A stretch of 64,000 bases of DNA from Chrysomallon squamiferum (lineage: Eukaryota; Animalia; Mollusca). Both the position numbers and the translations under genes were made by a program. The stretch lies in assembly GCA_012295275.1 (NCBI GenBank), contig CM022679.1:6448001-6512000 (forward strand), in the 5' to 3' direction. Shown in pieces: positions 1 through 13,333 of the stretch (positions are counted from its first letter, which is position 1; each line of letters opens with the position of its first letter). Under the pieces are notes generated by a model that did no database searches, was not told the DNA's origin, and saw nothing but the letters and a program-made list of their open reading frames with translations.

Positions 1-275
1 TTCAGCAAATAAAGTTTTTTTATTTTATCATCTGTTTATTACTGCACATATAATGATAATTAAAAACTGTATTTTCCCTTGCAAAGCTGTAAATTCTACT
101 GAGAATGATAACTAATGTTTTATATTAAGTTTATAGTAAAACTGAATTGACTGATACTTTAATTCTCATTAGCTTTATACAAGCTAAAATATATTTTTAT
201 ATTTAAAACCCAGAATTCAAATAATACTACTTCCACTAGCAATAATAACAGACTGAAGAAGAACTGTAAACCCAC

Positions 276-1708
276 CAATGGACTGATGTCCCTGTGAAGC
301 TGCAAAATGAAGAGCAGTTCTTTGTTTAGCATCATAGCCTGATGGATCAACTCCACTTTCCAGCAACTCAACAACTATGGGACAAAGCAAAAACCCAGTA
401 TAAGATAGAATTGAAAGTTATTATATAAATTTTATAAAATTAATTTCAACATACATTCTTTTCTTCAACACATGAATTACAGTGATTTATTAATTTCAAA
501 TTTTATATTTAAACACTAAAAATATTTTTTTGTGTGACAGCACATATTCATACAACACAAACAGAAACTAGTTTACAGCCACATAGGATAGTTTTATGAT
601 TCTATATGTCCAGGGAAATGAACTTTATAATCACTATAATTAATTTTAAATATTATTTTAGAAACGTCTGATTAGTTGAAATGTACATTTTTAATATAAG
701 ACATTATATATTTTAATACTGGTTAGTGTTAGTCACAAAGTCAAAAATAAAATAATTTTCTAAAAGTCATGCATTCACTGCCATGAACAGAGAATAAAAG
801 ATTAGGCACCTACATATAAGTACATGCATGTACATTCAAATGGTGATATACACACAGATATATACAGGAAAATAAATATTTTACACATACCTTGAATATA
901 ATCATTTTCAGAAGCTGCTGTTCGTAATTTTCTGTCATCTGAAGAAGATTTTGTTTTTAAATATTAATTAAACTTGAAGTTAACTAATGTGCATGTTTAC
1001 AATTTAGAATTCATATACATGTATATAAAAAAATCATCTGGAAAAACCTAATATCTCAACAGTTATAAATAAATAAATATATTTCTTGAAACTTTGTGTT
1101 ACCTAGAATATTTCTTCCTGTTGTTTTCCCACATTTGAATTCTTTCAGGCGTTGCTTTCTGTGAGTGCATGATGGTCTAATTTTATTTATATGGCTGTCC
1201 TGGTTATAAGAATATCCTCTGTTGAATGGAATTAGACACATGAAATGAAGCCCAGCTGGTGGTTCTGGACTCCAGTGGGTAAATTCAAAGTGAGGTGATT
1301 CAAAGTTTTGAACCTGTAAAAATTAATTACTCACAGATAATGATACATACAAATATTTACCAAATGTACAACAGACATTAAGCTGCAGAAATTAATTTTC
1401 CAAATGATTAATCTAATAAAAAATAAAAATAAAAACAAATGTATATAATTTAACCCTTTTAATCTCAAATTCTTATTCAGTTAGTGTTGATTCTTTACAT
1501 TATATAACCATCATGCCAGTGTATATCACAATATATTAGAACATATACTACAGTATAATTATATATTAATAATAAATAAAATAAAATAATGCAAATAAAC
1601 TATTGTGACATAACCATTTATAACAATTATCACATTAAAAATATAGTTAACCAAATCATCATTTCATGTATATTTTCGTGTAGATGAAATCTTTCTTTTG
1701 TTCTCTCA

Positions 1709-1746
<38 letters not shown>

Positions 1747-1894
1747 AACCAGGAATCTGGAATGTCTGCAGTTAGTAGAGTTACTCAGGCTAATTTATTA
1801 ATTATAAAACAAAAAACAAACAAATAAATAATACATTATATTCGCCTTCAGAGCTGCTGGTGTCACATCCACTATCATCTGGAGAATCATTCAT
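276..1894 (-). CDS. ANKRD54: Ankyrin repeat domain-containing protein 54 (LIAR)-like, 5' part; 4 coding exons, continues off the left edge
   Basis: Exons 1835-1894 (MNDSPDDSGCDTSSSEGEYN), 1103-1313 (VQNFESPHFEFTHWSPEPP...NKIRPSCTHRKQRLKEFKCGKTTGRNIL), 891-938 (DDRKLRTAASENDYIQ) and 276-374 (VVELLESGVDPSGYDAKQRTALHFAASQGHQSI) join in frame through GT-AG introns with consistent phases 0,1,1,1. The N-terminal SSSEGE motif and RLR.AA..ND...V..LL..G.DP...D.K.RTALHFA match ANKRD54 as I recall it. Confidence 0.8.
1714..1745. repeat. (TG)n microsatellite
   Basis: Direct reading. Confidence 0.95.
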
Positions 1895-2269
1895 ACTCTT
1901 GCAGTGTAAAAAGGTTTGACGACTGCCGATTCATTTACACATCAATTTTCACTTTTTCTTTTACTAAAAGTTTTAGTACCAACATTGCATATTAGTATTT
2001 CAGCAGTTATCTTTTCTTGGACTCCTAGAATCATCCGAAAATTGGTGGGTTATTAATATTATTTTAACTTTTTTAAATTATTATTATTTTGGTGCGACAG
2101 TTCTCATTTTCAGATGTTATTAAAAAACAAACTATTTCATAGTCGTTTTTATTTTTAAATGCAATGCACCCTGAAACAGTAAATAAATATTCAGGTTCGT
2201 TATGATAGAAGGGTCACCCGGAAGTAGTGTACGTCTGCTAACTTTACTTTCAAAAATGTTATAATCATA
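1895..2269. promoter_or_regulatory. Putative bidirectional promoter shared by ANKRD54 and ALG1, with an ETS/GABPA motif CCGGAAGT at 2218-2225
   Basis: Divergent start codons are 375 bp apart. The region is locally CpG-enriched against a CpG-poor background and contains an exact CCGGAAGT motif. Confidence 0.65.
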
Positions 2270-5200
2270 ATGTTATACTCTTTACAGATAATTTTTGCAA
2301 CTCCTTTTGTATTTATATTTTTGTATCTGCTTTTTAATTACTTAGTTAAAGGTGAAAATGCCATTTGCATAGTTGTCCTGGGTGACATTGGGAGAAGCCC
2401 TAGAATTCAATATCACGCTGACTCCTTCGCTCGTGAAGGGTTCAATGTTGACATTGTTGGATATGGAGGTATTTATTAATCTGATGTAATTAATATTTTC
2501 GTTTTAAGATTTTGTGAAAATGTAGGGCTATAATTTAAAAAACCTGTTTATATCACCTTATAAAATTTATTCACAACAAAACTTAATTTTCATTATTTTT
2601 GTAGGTTCCACCCCTCACAAACATATAATTAATCAAGATAAGATTACCTTTCGTCATTTGAAAGAACCACCAGGAATTTTAAAAGGTATTATAATAAAAT
2701 TTGCTTTAGGTTTTATTATTATTAATGTTAATTATAATAATTTTTATTATACATGTGAAAATAAGAAAAGAAATCCATTTTACTTTAGTAATATTATACT
2801 AGTATTAAAAAAAATATTGTAAAAAGATTTTAATTTTCAATTTATAACAGTGTATAAACTATAGTATATAACAGAGTAATGTTAATAGGATTTTGAATGT
2901 GAAGCATAATATTTATAATTGATGAATAAATGAACAGAAAACATAATGGCAGTTCAACTGTTTTTAATTATGTCGGTTACACTTAAGAAAAATTTTGCTA
3001 TATTAGATTACTTTACATAATAATTCTATGAAGAGGTAAAAACGTGCAGCATTTATAATAATTTCATATATAATAATGTTGGATAATATGTTCATATATT
3101 GGAACGATTATGCTTTAAGTTTTACCACGCTTACTGAACTATGTTGTCAAAGTACTATGGCAGACAGTTTCTCTTGCATGGATACTTCTTCTGGCACCCA
3201 AAGCAAAATATATATTTTTACAGGTGAGAAAATAAATTAGTACTTTATATATCTGAACTGTTATTGTATGTGTAAGGGATTGAACTAAAAGCACCCAACA
3301 TAATCTTATTGTTTCACTAAACATATATAAACACCATTAAGGCATCTGAGGTTTATTTCTCTTTGTTTTGACTCCAAGACATTTGGGACATTAATATATG
3401 GTAATATATATGGTATCAAGAAAGAAGTTGTGTATTTTTTGTGTGAGGATGTTTATGCACCTGGCCACACATGTTTTTGTCTTTTTTTTTAATTTTAAAT
3501 TATTTGAATTTAATTCTTTTAAACTTTTATTATTATATTATTTTTTTAAATTAAAGATATATCTTGGTGAAATATTCTAGATAGAAGCAGTAAAAGTTTG
3601 TAGTAAGTTCTTCACTGACTTCTTACAGTTCATCCTCTACTGTATAAAGATATTTTCAATTGTTTTCTTAATTCTGAGAACATTATAATTTAACTTCAGA
3701 ATCCACCTGCTATCCCAACACTTGCTGTAGCATTGGTTGTGTGCTTTATTCGCAGTAGTTATTTGGTCATTGATTGGCACAATTATGGCTACACTATTCT
3801 TGGACTGAGTCTTGGACCATGTCATCCTATTGTAAAATTTTCTAAATGGTAAGCTTAAATTTGCTGAGTTTAAGTTCTATTTTCTGTTTTCAGAATATGA
3901 TGGGATTTTGGGGCTTTTTTTTTTTTTTTTTTTGTTTTTTTATTTCTTTAACAAATAACAACATATAACCATTTTTAGTTACATTTCAGTATGTTGTACA
4001 ATGTTCATGAAATTATTATGTAACTGAAAGATAGATTCATTTTAATTTAGCATTTATTTAGAATTGCACACACACAGACACATATACACACATCTGCAGC
4101 TGATACACTGTTTTGATATTTTCTGACTGGTGCAGATTAAAATACATAATTTAGATTTTTCTTTTTTAATTAAACATTTATTTAATTTTATTCCATTTAA
4201 GGTATGAAAAATACTTAGGAAAATTTGCAGATTTGAATTTTTGTGTGACAAATGCCATGAAAAATGACTTAAGAACAAACTGGAATATAAGGTATGATTT
4301 TATTTCTTACATATAATATAAAATATATTAGTGAAGAATTATAATTAAGATACACATTTTTTTTTTATCTTGTATCAGTATTATTTTTCCAGTGATACAT
4401 ATTGTTTATGTTAAGTAATTAGCAGCAAGGTGTTATTTTTCTTTTAGTAGAATCTAACCTTTTTTGCTGGTTATTCTTAGGATTTGGCTGAATATTTCAT
4501 TTATTAAGTATGTTCTGTCACCAGATAATCATATTCATATTCTGTATACCTATTGAAAATTCTGTGAATGATTTTCTTTTCTCAGTGCAGTAACTCTTTA
4601 TGACAAAGCTCCTGACCAGTTTAAGAAAATATCTGTTAATATGCAGCATTACTTATTCAAAAGATTATCACAAGACTATCCTATTTTCTCAGACAGGTAA
4701 GCAGATAAATGTGTAAATTAAAATTCAGTATATATGTGATGACTGAATCAAATTATTATTAATAAATGAATAAATTATAATATAGATTAAAGAAATTTCT
4801 TTATTGGCTTTTTTAAAGATCTTCAGTCACACCTAAGATCATAGCACAAATATTATATATTTACATTTCACTGTTCAGTACAACTAAAATATTATCTGAA
4901 AAATCTATAAAAATGTTAATTTCATTAGTTTACGAAGATATGCTGGAAAAGTTCTTTTTACATTAGTATATATTTTTTTTCTGGATTGTTTCAGAACAGA
5001 AACTGACAATACAGTGTTTACCAAAATGGATGTTAATAGGGTAATAACACATCAGGAAAACAGACCAGTGCTTCTTGTTAGCAGTACAAGCTGGACAGGT
5101 TGGTTAGTTCATTCTGTGATGGGTTAAATCCTGAATATTCAAGCATATTTTCTCTGGGCAAACACAAATTAAAGGTAGAATATCAGATCATACTGGTGCT

Positions 5201-7186
5201 CAAGCCTTCTACCAACCAGTATCCTAACCATTTTGATAATATACAGAATGGAAATACAGACCTATCTCTAAATTTGAAAAGCATAAATGAAATATATCAA
5301 ACTACATAAGTGTGCCTGTTGACTTACTCTTTCAAAGATTGTATTATGTGATTTTGTTTATGTGGGAAGGTGAGACTAAAATGTTTTTTACTTCTAACTG
5401 TTGTGTATAGTCCATAGTGTTTCTTCTCTTATTTCTCAATACACAAAATTACCTACATTTGACATGTAATGACCAATTGTTGTAAAATACTTTGCAATGC
5501 TGTCAAATATTCATTAATTACTTTAAGCATCTATCTCCGTTTACAGACATGTTCCATGTATTATTTTTAAATATAACCAATGGCATAATCAGTAATATTA
5601 CTAAATCATTTACTAATTACATCAAAGTGTACTAACTTTAAAAATTACATAAATGAAGCTTTTTGTTATTTATTTTTCTAATTTTGCAGAAGATGAAGAC
5701 TTTGGAATTCTTCTTGAAGCTTTGAGAAGTAGGTACATAGGCGGAGTTAAAGCTTTTTTCAATTATAATTAATATTATCATATTTCTGATTTAACATTAA
5801 TAATGTGTCTAATATACATCCTAATTTTAGTTCAAGAATGTTATAATTATGAATACTTTATGTTACATTTTAAAAAATTGCAGTAGCTGAAGAATTCTAA
5901 TAGTGTTGTGTTGTATTGTTTATTAGTAAAATAAATTAGTTTATTTAAAATATATTTTGCCTTTACTGCATGTTTTTTTGTTTAGTAACTCCATTAAGTG
6001 TTTACTTTTTCAACAATTTCAATTATGCTTTCTTGTTTTTTAGGAAATCTCTCTTTCACAGCTTTCATATGGCAGACACAGTTAAAGAACCACACTAAAG
6101 AAAAACTAATTTTATAAAAAAATATATGTTATTGTTTTTAGTTTATGAAAAGAATGTGTCATCATCAAGTGTCAGGTTACCTGATGTAATATGTGCAATA
6201 ACAGGTGAATATTTAACCAATCATATATTTATTAAAAATAAAAAACAAAAAATATCCAACCCAATCAGTTTTTTGTATTTTATATATAGAGGTAATTAAA
6301 GAAAACAATTGAAATAAGTTTTCTTTTTTTATGTAAAATCAAAAATTGAAACTAAACTTGTATTTACTAATTTTTTTGTGAATCAGTACTATAAAAAAAA
6401 TAAGAAGTTGACATTTAAATGATTTGTTTTTCCTTTCACATTACTAATAACCAGGTAAAGGTCCACAAAAACAACATTATGAAAAAGAGATAGAGAAGAT
6501 GAATTTCAAGCATGTCAACATTTGTTTGCCTTGGTTAACACCAGAAGATTATCCACAGCTTTTAGGTACATTTTAAACTGGTGGCTAATGTTGTAATTAT
6601 TTAGAAAATAACATCTTTTTCTTTTAAAGAAATTTATAAAAGATCACTGTTTCATTAGTTAGATGTAAACTTAATAATAAATAATTTATAATCCATCTTG
6701 TTTTCATAATTTTATTTGTTTGTTTGTTGTTGTTATACTGTTACAACTGTTGTCACATAAACTGAATATGGGTTGATGATTTATGCTGTCATAACAAGGT
6801 TAATTTTTAATTTATATATAAGGAAATAAAATTTATATTGTATTTTTCTACATGTCACTAAGCTTTATAATAATTTCCACTGGATTTAATCTTTCACAGT
6901 ATGTGCAGTAACATTTATAGTAAACATGTATTGAATTTTTTATTAAAAAAACAAAAAACAAATTTGTTTAAACATTTACAAACATGTACAAATTAATAAT
7001 AAATTGTGAACAAAGTGAAACTTTTGTTATAAATACATTTTAGGTTCTGCTGACCTTGGTGTTTGTTTACACAAATCTTCCAGTGGACTTGATCTGCCAA
7101 TGAAAGTAGTTGATATGTTTGGATGTGGACTCCCTGTTTGTGCTGTACACTTTGACTGGTTGCTTTTATTTCTATTTTGTTCATTA

Positions 7187-7217
<31 letters not shown>

Positions 7218-8478
7218 TATGTTCTATATCATTTAATTTTTAAATTTTTTAAATTTATTTATTTATTTATATATATATTTTTTGGTAATTAAAGTTATAT
7301 TACCTTTACATCAGTAGAATTTATATAAAATTTATAGTTTCAAAGATTGCTTTTTAGTTAAATAAAACTCATACTAATAGCTCATTTTATGACAAATACA
7401 TCAAACAGTGTAATTATATATTCATTTTTTTAGTATATCTGAGCTGGTGAAACATGAAGTGAATGGATTGATATTTTCAAGTAGTGAAGAACTGGCAAGC
7501 CAATTAGAGGTTACTATTTCATTTAGGAATTGGATGATCATAGGAAACTTGGTTTCCATAATAAGTTTTTATAACACAGAGAGACATAATTATGTTATCA
7601 GTCATCTTATAAATGTCTAAGTAAAACAACTTATTAATAGGATCATTAAATGGTTAAAAAACTGAAAACGAAAACGATATGCAAATAAAAGAATTAAAAA
7701 AATCCTGATGGAATAGTTTATGTCCTAGAAAGTATGGCTAATGAATAAAAATATTACGTTTTATTAACAATTACAATATATGGACATATTAAAAAAAAAA
7801 TTAAAAAAAAAATTAGGTAATAGCATTTTAATTAAAAATTATTATAAACCTAATTTCCCAATGATATCTTTGTATGGTTAAGAGTTGTCAAATAAGAAAC
7901 TGAGAAGTTCAGTTTAATATATTTTTTTCATATTATGTTAGAAAATAAATTTATTCCAGGTTGTATTAAATGTAAAACAGTTACTTCCTCCTTTGTTAAT
8001 ATGTAAAAAGTATAGTTTGAAGTTATTCAAAAGAACTGGAGTTTTTTTGTGTGTGTGTGTGGGTGTGGGTGTTTTATTCAGATTTAATAAAATAATTGTT
8101 TTTTTAACATCTTACATTATAGTACCAGAATTAATTCTATTCATAATGAGATTTTTTGAGATAATCATATTTTAATCCTAACAGAACAAATATTATAGTT
8201 AAATTGCCTCTTTTTACATATTAAAACTAACAATTAATAGTATTTAGTTTTATTTAAATTTATTCTTGTTAATGAAACATGTTAATCTTCATTGAATTTT
8301 TACTTTAACTAGAGAATTTGTCTGATTTCAGTGTCTGTTTCAAGACTTTCCATCAGATCAGAGAAAGTTGAAAAAGTTGCATTCTGGTGTGAAACAATTT
8401 CAGGAGATCAGGTGGCATGACCAATGGAAAAAACTGGTTTTACCTTTGTTTACCCATGAAAAACTGAAAAAAGATTGA
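2270..8478 (+). CDS. ALG1: Chitobiosyldiphosphodolichol beta-mannosyltransferase (GT33), complete, 13 exons
   Basis: Exons 2270-2468, 2605-2685, 3120-3223, 3700-3848, 4202-4291, 4586-4696, 4995-5098, 5690-5728, 6142-6204, 6455-6565, 7044-7158, 7434-7509, 8332-8478 splice in frame. There is an N-terminal hydrophobic anchor and ALG1 motifs [92 protein letters not shown] stop at 8476-8478. Confidence 0.96.
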
Positions 8479-9065
8479 CTTTCAGATCTGAATAAAGCTT
8501 TCATGAAACATATGTAATTTTTTTTTTTTTTGTAATTTTATATGAAAAATTCCATGTTTTAAACAGCTGAACATTTACAAAAAAATATACATTATCTAAT
8601 AGGTGTCAGACAAAACATTAACATAGATTGTTAGGTTAAGAATAAATATTAATTTTAAAATTAGAAATATTAATATAATTTTAATTTCTATAAAAATATA
8701 ATGAGGTATTTATGATTAGATTGTAAAAACCTACTATTTTTATATAATATTCAGAATAAGAAATTATTATTATTATTTAAGCTTATTTCTTTTTTGGGAA
8801 AAAAGTATAGTTTTCACTTAGAAATATTTCATATCTAATTTTTATGTTTCAATATGATATTCCAGAAATTGTGTACATAAAATATTTTACTTGTGTGAAA
8901 TTGTGTACACTGAAGATATTTTTTAATTTATTAAAAAGGGCATAAAAAAATCCAAAAAAAAAGCAATTGATGCAGTTATTTAAAAAATTCTGTATTTTCA
9001 GTGTATTTAGATTATTTCAATAATTTTAGAGACCAAATAATTATATTTGCTTTTAAACTGAAAGA

Positions 9066-9106
9066 AATAAAAACAAATATTTCCATTGTTAATACAAAAC
9101 TTTATT
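9066..9106. terminator. Facing candidate polyadenylation signals: AATAAA on + at 9066-9071 (ALG1) and AATAAA on - at 9101-9106 (myosin XV)
   Basis: Both hexamers are present, converging and about 30 bp apart. Other AATAAA hexamers exist (8491, 8641), so the assignment is tentative. Confidence 0.3.
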
Positions 9107-12100
9107 GTTGTGTTATAAAAATATATATAATGACATAACAGTTATACTCTTAACATATGATGTGATTGCACATGAATACAAAATGTAAATGTTGTATAAG
9201 GCTATGTAGACATTTGTGGTAGATTATTGGACTGATGTAGAAATTATAAACATTTAGTCACATTATTTTAAATTTTATATACATTTACAAAATCTCTGAA
9301 TTTATGAATTTGTGACCTTTTCGATATCTTCATTTCTTAATTTTAAAATAAACATTTTTCACTCAGTTTAATGTGCACTGAATACAAAAATCTTAAAATA
9401 AACAGAGGAATAAAATATATATTCTAAAAGAGTCTTCAAGATTGATCATGTCTGGATTTTGTTAATATTATTTTGTTGTAAATTAAAGGGTGAAAAGAAG
9501 TTGCTGTTTGTCCATAACTAGTTAACTTTGGAAAGAAAAACAGAAAATAAATTACTAACAATTATAAAACAGAAAAGTAACAAATTACGTATATAATAAG
9601 TGGTTAAATTTCCTGCCCTTGTTAACAATACTTGCTCCAAACATCTATTAAAGTTTACCCGTCTGATAGTTCAGAATTTCTAAAAAGCAGTTAAAATAGC
9701 AATGTTCTAATTTACCTATTTTTATTGTATTAAATGAGAAAGTATTTAAAGCATTAAAAATATTAGCTCTTTTCTCTCTAGCAGTAGGTTAAATTTGAAC
9801 AATGAGTAAGCACAGGATGGATTTTCCCCACTATATCACCACCAAGAATTAGTTACAGCATGAAAATTCAAAATCGTATAAAACCAAAAGAAACAAACCA
9901 AACATTATTATTAACATACAAGAGGAAAAAATGTATAATAATAAATTCATAAAGTGAAATGTATAAAACTGAACATACAATTCTGATATCTGGAGACAGT
10001 TATAGAGATTTAATAAATAACAAAAAGTAAAATATGTGTAAAACCAAAAAGAATACCCCACCCACATTTAAAAAAAAAAAAAAAAAAAAAATTGCCCACT
10101 GTTTTCTATGTTTGGAAAAAGATCAGATTTAACAAATTTTCATTTTGAAAAACCACATTCTTCTCATAAGTATTTGTTTAAAATATTTTTAACATTTTTC
10201 CCATTGCATATTAATCAGATTTTCATAAATTTTAATTGTTTATCATCCCTTGTTAAATCAGTTGCATTTGTTAAAGTTTTATAATCCTTGATTTTGTCAA
10301 ATTTATCCTTACATTTTTAAAAAAAGAAGGAAATAACTTTTAAGTCTACTGAGTCAGTTAAAATGAGAAATTTTCAAAATTTTCCTTTTTGAATATAAAA
10401 CCATAACTCTCATTGTTATTTCACTGTATACTCAGTTACGCTGAACCTAACATGAATTTAGAACAAATATTACATAAAAAGCTGCCTGGGCTGTTAGTGT
10501 CATGATCAGAAAGAAATTAAATAGTATAAAAATTTTATTTGGATTTAAATTCAGTAATAAAGTAGTACTTTCAATATAGTTGAAACAATTTATAAATTTT
10601 TGCACATTTTTAATTTTAAATGATGTTCAGAGCATAGAACCAAATCAGAAATGAAAGTCATTAATATAAATATAATATTTTACACGAAAGTAGTTATATG
10701 CATAATATTTTACATGCAAGTTATATACTTAAATCAACTCAACAATTTTGAAATATAAAAAAACAAACTCAGTGTTACTTCTACCATGTATACAAAAATT
10801 TGTGGTAGTAAAGATTATTTCATAAAAAAATTAAAATAAATAAACAACAAAAATAAATAAGTAAATAAACAAATAATAATAGTACAAGTAATAGTAATAA
10901 AAGAAATAAAAGTAGTAATGAAGTTGGTCACAAATACATAGGTAATATAAATCTATAACTATATATATATATATGGAACATGTATGATATAAATAATATT
11001 TTATTATAATCAGTCATCACATAGTTTGTTTTTAAGGAAACACAAGATAGTAGGAATGTTGTAAGTAAAAGGAAACCCAGCAAAATATATATCATACTAA
11101 TTTTGTTTGGCCTATGTACAATTATAGTGCATCACCTATATACAGTATTTCATATCAAAGTAATAAAACATTACTGGAATTCTCAACTGTCAAACTATTA
11201 CACATATTAGTTCCACAACATATGGTGCAGTTATATAAGCACTATAAGGAAATGTAAACTTTAAAATATAGATAATAATTTAAATAAGTGTTTATTCAGA
11301 TTATAGGCCTTTTATAAAAGACATATAAATAGTAATTTTGTGATCTGAATACCTGTTAAAATTATAAGAAAATACTGAAAATAAATTTACCTCCACTCCA
11401 TAAGTCTGATTTTTAGATTATGCTTAGGGAAATAATATTGAAATTATACAATGATATAAAATAGTAATCATAAATAAATAACTAATAAAAAGTAATTGAA
11501 AAAGCAGAAAAAAAGCAGCAAAACAACTATGTAATTATTTTAACAAAACACACAAGATAAATAAGAAAAAGCTAAAATTGTTTCTGATATTGTTTATCAC
11601 AATTTTAGTACAGGAATCCTGCCTGTATTTGTTCATGTTCTCATTATATTCCCCAAAATATCATGGAATTTGTGACACACATAACTGAGAATTCAGTCTT
11701 ATGATGTTATTTAAAATATATTTTAAAGTGTAAGTAATCAGGCACTTGAAGTAAGTAACCAAATTAATATAAAGCCATTAATTTAGTAATATATAAATCT
11801 AAAGTCTAACCTGGCATCCCATCAAGCAAAATGTAATATTTGTTTCTGAATATATACATCAAAAAAGTATAACACATACTGAATATTCAGTGTACAATAA
11901 ACAACATATATAATGTATGTCCAACAAATACATTTTTTACACTATTATGCTCTAAAATTACAAACATATATATATATATATTTGCAAGACAGTAAGTTGA
12001 CAGAACACCATTAGGATTATCTATTAATTTAATCATTATGAGTTAAATGATAACACATTTAAACCTTTTACTGGAGGCATTCACTATGTTATAATAATAG

Positions 12101-13333
12101 CCATACAGAAATGTAAAATTAAAATTTAGGCTTTTTATTAGTGATTTTAAAATCAAATACACTCGTTCTCTCTGTATATACTTTCCAAAGGTTATTGTTT
12201 CACATATCTTAATTTAATTTAGAAAAACTAAAATTTCATAGGTCTATTTTATTCAAGCAAATTATATTTTCAAATTCAGAAATATAAGCTCACAAATTTT
12301 CTGTAAGAAAAAAAAGAATATTCTCATACTCCAAAACTAGTTCATGTATTTTCTAAATATCCTGCTAGTATGTTTTATTGATACTTTTGTCAAAGATGTG
12401 TATTTTATATCCAAGCACAAGATAAAGTAGTAACAAATAAACAGCTTAATAACACTTTTATAAATTAAATATTTTTTTTTTTTAACTGTTCCTTACCCAA
12501 ATGTACATCCTATTAAATATCTATGTAAACCTAAATATTAAAATATTAAAAATAAATATAAATAAATCTTGTATAGTTTGGAAAAAATAAAACCTGAATA
12601 AATTACTTGCAGCAATATAACTAATTTTTTATTATTATTTTTATTTCTTTAAAGTATATAAATGTTTCAATTCCTCCCAAAAACCCAACAACAAATAAAA
12701 TCAGTTTATTTCCAAATTAATTACAAATGAGCCTTTTCCAATATTATTTAGTAATGAAAACATTTGTTTTTGTCTCAAAACAGATGACTTTCAGTTAATT
12801 TTGAGACAGTTTAATACATTCTATATTTTTCAGATTTTGATGATCCACTTTCCAATAGTCTAAATATATTTTTAAGTATTTATTTCTTTTCAGAAGATGA
12901 CCATCATATAATAACATATCTTTACAAAATAGTTTGCTTAACAAACACATTCCAGGTCTGTTGAGACTTTCTTCATTTATTACAAAAAGGGTAAGAGGGT
13001 AAAATAAAAAAAAGTGTAAAAGTTCTATTTATTTGATTTTAAATATATTCACAACTTTTGCTGCAAGCTTTAAGATAGATCATTTCTTCCAGATCAAAGT
13101 GACATTCATAAACAATATTTTCAAATTTCTTTTCATTTCCCTTCTATACAGTAGATACGGAATGCAGAAAAATTATAAATAATTTTAATAGTGAATTAAA
13201 ACAATTTGTACTGTTCTAAAGCATTTAAAAATGCATGTATGTATACAAAACTGTCTTATTTAGATAATTATTTAACAACGTATCGACATTACATAGCAGT
13301 GAATGTCTGCACAAAATGTCAGAAAAAAACAGA

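Noticed and set aside
1840-1850. Apparent GC-AG donor (GAAG|gcgaat) in ANKRD54 exon 1
   Set aside because: It gives the wrong phase. Reading on through SEGEYN to the canonical GT at 1834 restores the frame and the conserved motif.
3110-4205. AAG acceptors in ALG1 introns 2 and 4 as U12-type introns
   Set aside because: The donors are gtatta and gtaagc, not RTATCCTT, so these are ordinary U2 introns with weaker acceptors.
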